Origin: Klebsormidium nitens
Taxonomy: Eukaryota; Plantae; Klebsormidiophyceae
Length of the DNA: 64,000 nt
Reading direction: 5' to 3'
NCBI GenBank assembly: GCA_000708835.1
Contig: DF237239.1
Coordinates: 47,446 to 111,445, forward strand
Positions within the stretch are counted from its first letter, which is position 1. Every line of letters begins with the position of its first letter. The position numbers were made by a program, and so were the translations under genes. The notes under the pieces were generated by a model. The model did no database searches, was not told where the DNA came from, and saw nothing but the letters and a program-made list of their open reading frames with translations. Below, one piece after another: positions 63,037 through 64,000 of this stretch.

Positions 63037-64000
63037 ATCTGTAAAACTTCCGCGTCCACACTAACAATGCGGTGATTGACAAAACATCATCAGCGGCCAA
63101 AAAAACGGACAAACCCAGTGTCGTGCAGGCCTGGCCCGAGCCTAACGACCGCATGTTCGGAAAGATAAACCTGCGATCCAGTCGAGGTGTTTGGAATCAT
63201 ACAAGTTAACAAATCTACCAGAGCACGGCAAACTTGCAAGCGTCTTAGCCGACTGGAGGTGTTGCAAGAAGAAAGGACTCAGTCAAGTTTTCCTGACGCT
63301 CCGACACAAGAATTTAGACGCTTTTGTCACACCGACAGGGAAAATGCATGAGGGATTCCAAACCTTACGTTTGGGCAAGGCTAAAGACCACGACCTTTAC
63401 GTCAGAGATGCGACTCGATTGAGCAGTGAAACCATCACGCTTGCAAGCCCAAACACTGCAGGCGATCCGTGGTCTCCCTAGTCCAGCATGCAAGTGCGCA
63501 TACTTTTCCATGGCCGCAAACGGCGACATGCTCCCAAACCGCCCTTCTTCCGCTTCTTGGACCCCTTCCCGGGACCGCCCGATCTGAGGGCTCTCCTTCC
63601 TTTGCAAAGGCGGCGAATCCTCATCTGGCATCCTTGCGCTGGGCGGCCTTTCCTTCTGGTCGATCCGGCCTCTTCTGCTTCCCTTTATAGGCGGAATCCC
63701 ATCTTCGGCTTTACGCCAAGCACGCCTTTGTCGCCGTCTGAGTCCTGGCCGGGAACCCTCAACGACCTTTCGATTCCAAAAAATGTTTGGTGTCCGATTT
63801 GCGTCAGTGGACACATGATGTGTGCCATGGACGCTAGATTGTACAATACCGATCCGATCGTCGTACAAAAGCTTAAATTAAAGGCGCGGATCCTTGGATT
63901 GCTCATGCAAAGTCCGAAATATGTTCCGATCGCTGCCGGATGCACAAAGGGCGCGGTGCAAAACGAGAAGCTGAAATTCAAAATGATTTAAGCAATGTCA

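Noticed and set aside
63191-63991. Several ORFs at the window end (FVTPTGK and CPIC-x-H motifs) as a transposase or zinc-finger gene
   Set aside because: Motifs are too short to assign, ORFs on both strands conflict, and the locus may continue beyond the window.

Overview
Intron-rich eukaryotic nuclear DNA with GT-AG introns and two N gaps. The gene content mixes land-plant-type genes (CPL3-like CTD phosphatase, LRR receptor kinase, GT61, Root_cap-like protein) with genes lost in flowering plants (four-domain voltage-gated channel, ciliary CCDC96, centriolar CEP131). I infer a streptophyte alga such as Klebsormidium; this is not proven. Gene order: CPL3-like (-), LRR-RLK (+), intronless MYND protein (-), four-domain channel (+), CCDC96 (-) head-to-head with CEP131 (+), a NOC1/CEBPZ-like fragment (-), GT61 (-), a repeat-rich tract, a secreted Cys-rich/Root_cap-like gene (+), then a GC-rich tract and a MITE. 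The most striking observation is the channel's selectivity-filter ring, which reads V/T/D/D instead of EEEE, EEDD or DEKA, while all four voltage sensors are intact. Family assignments come from motif recognition by eye, not database searches, and exon boundaries were read manually.
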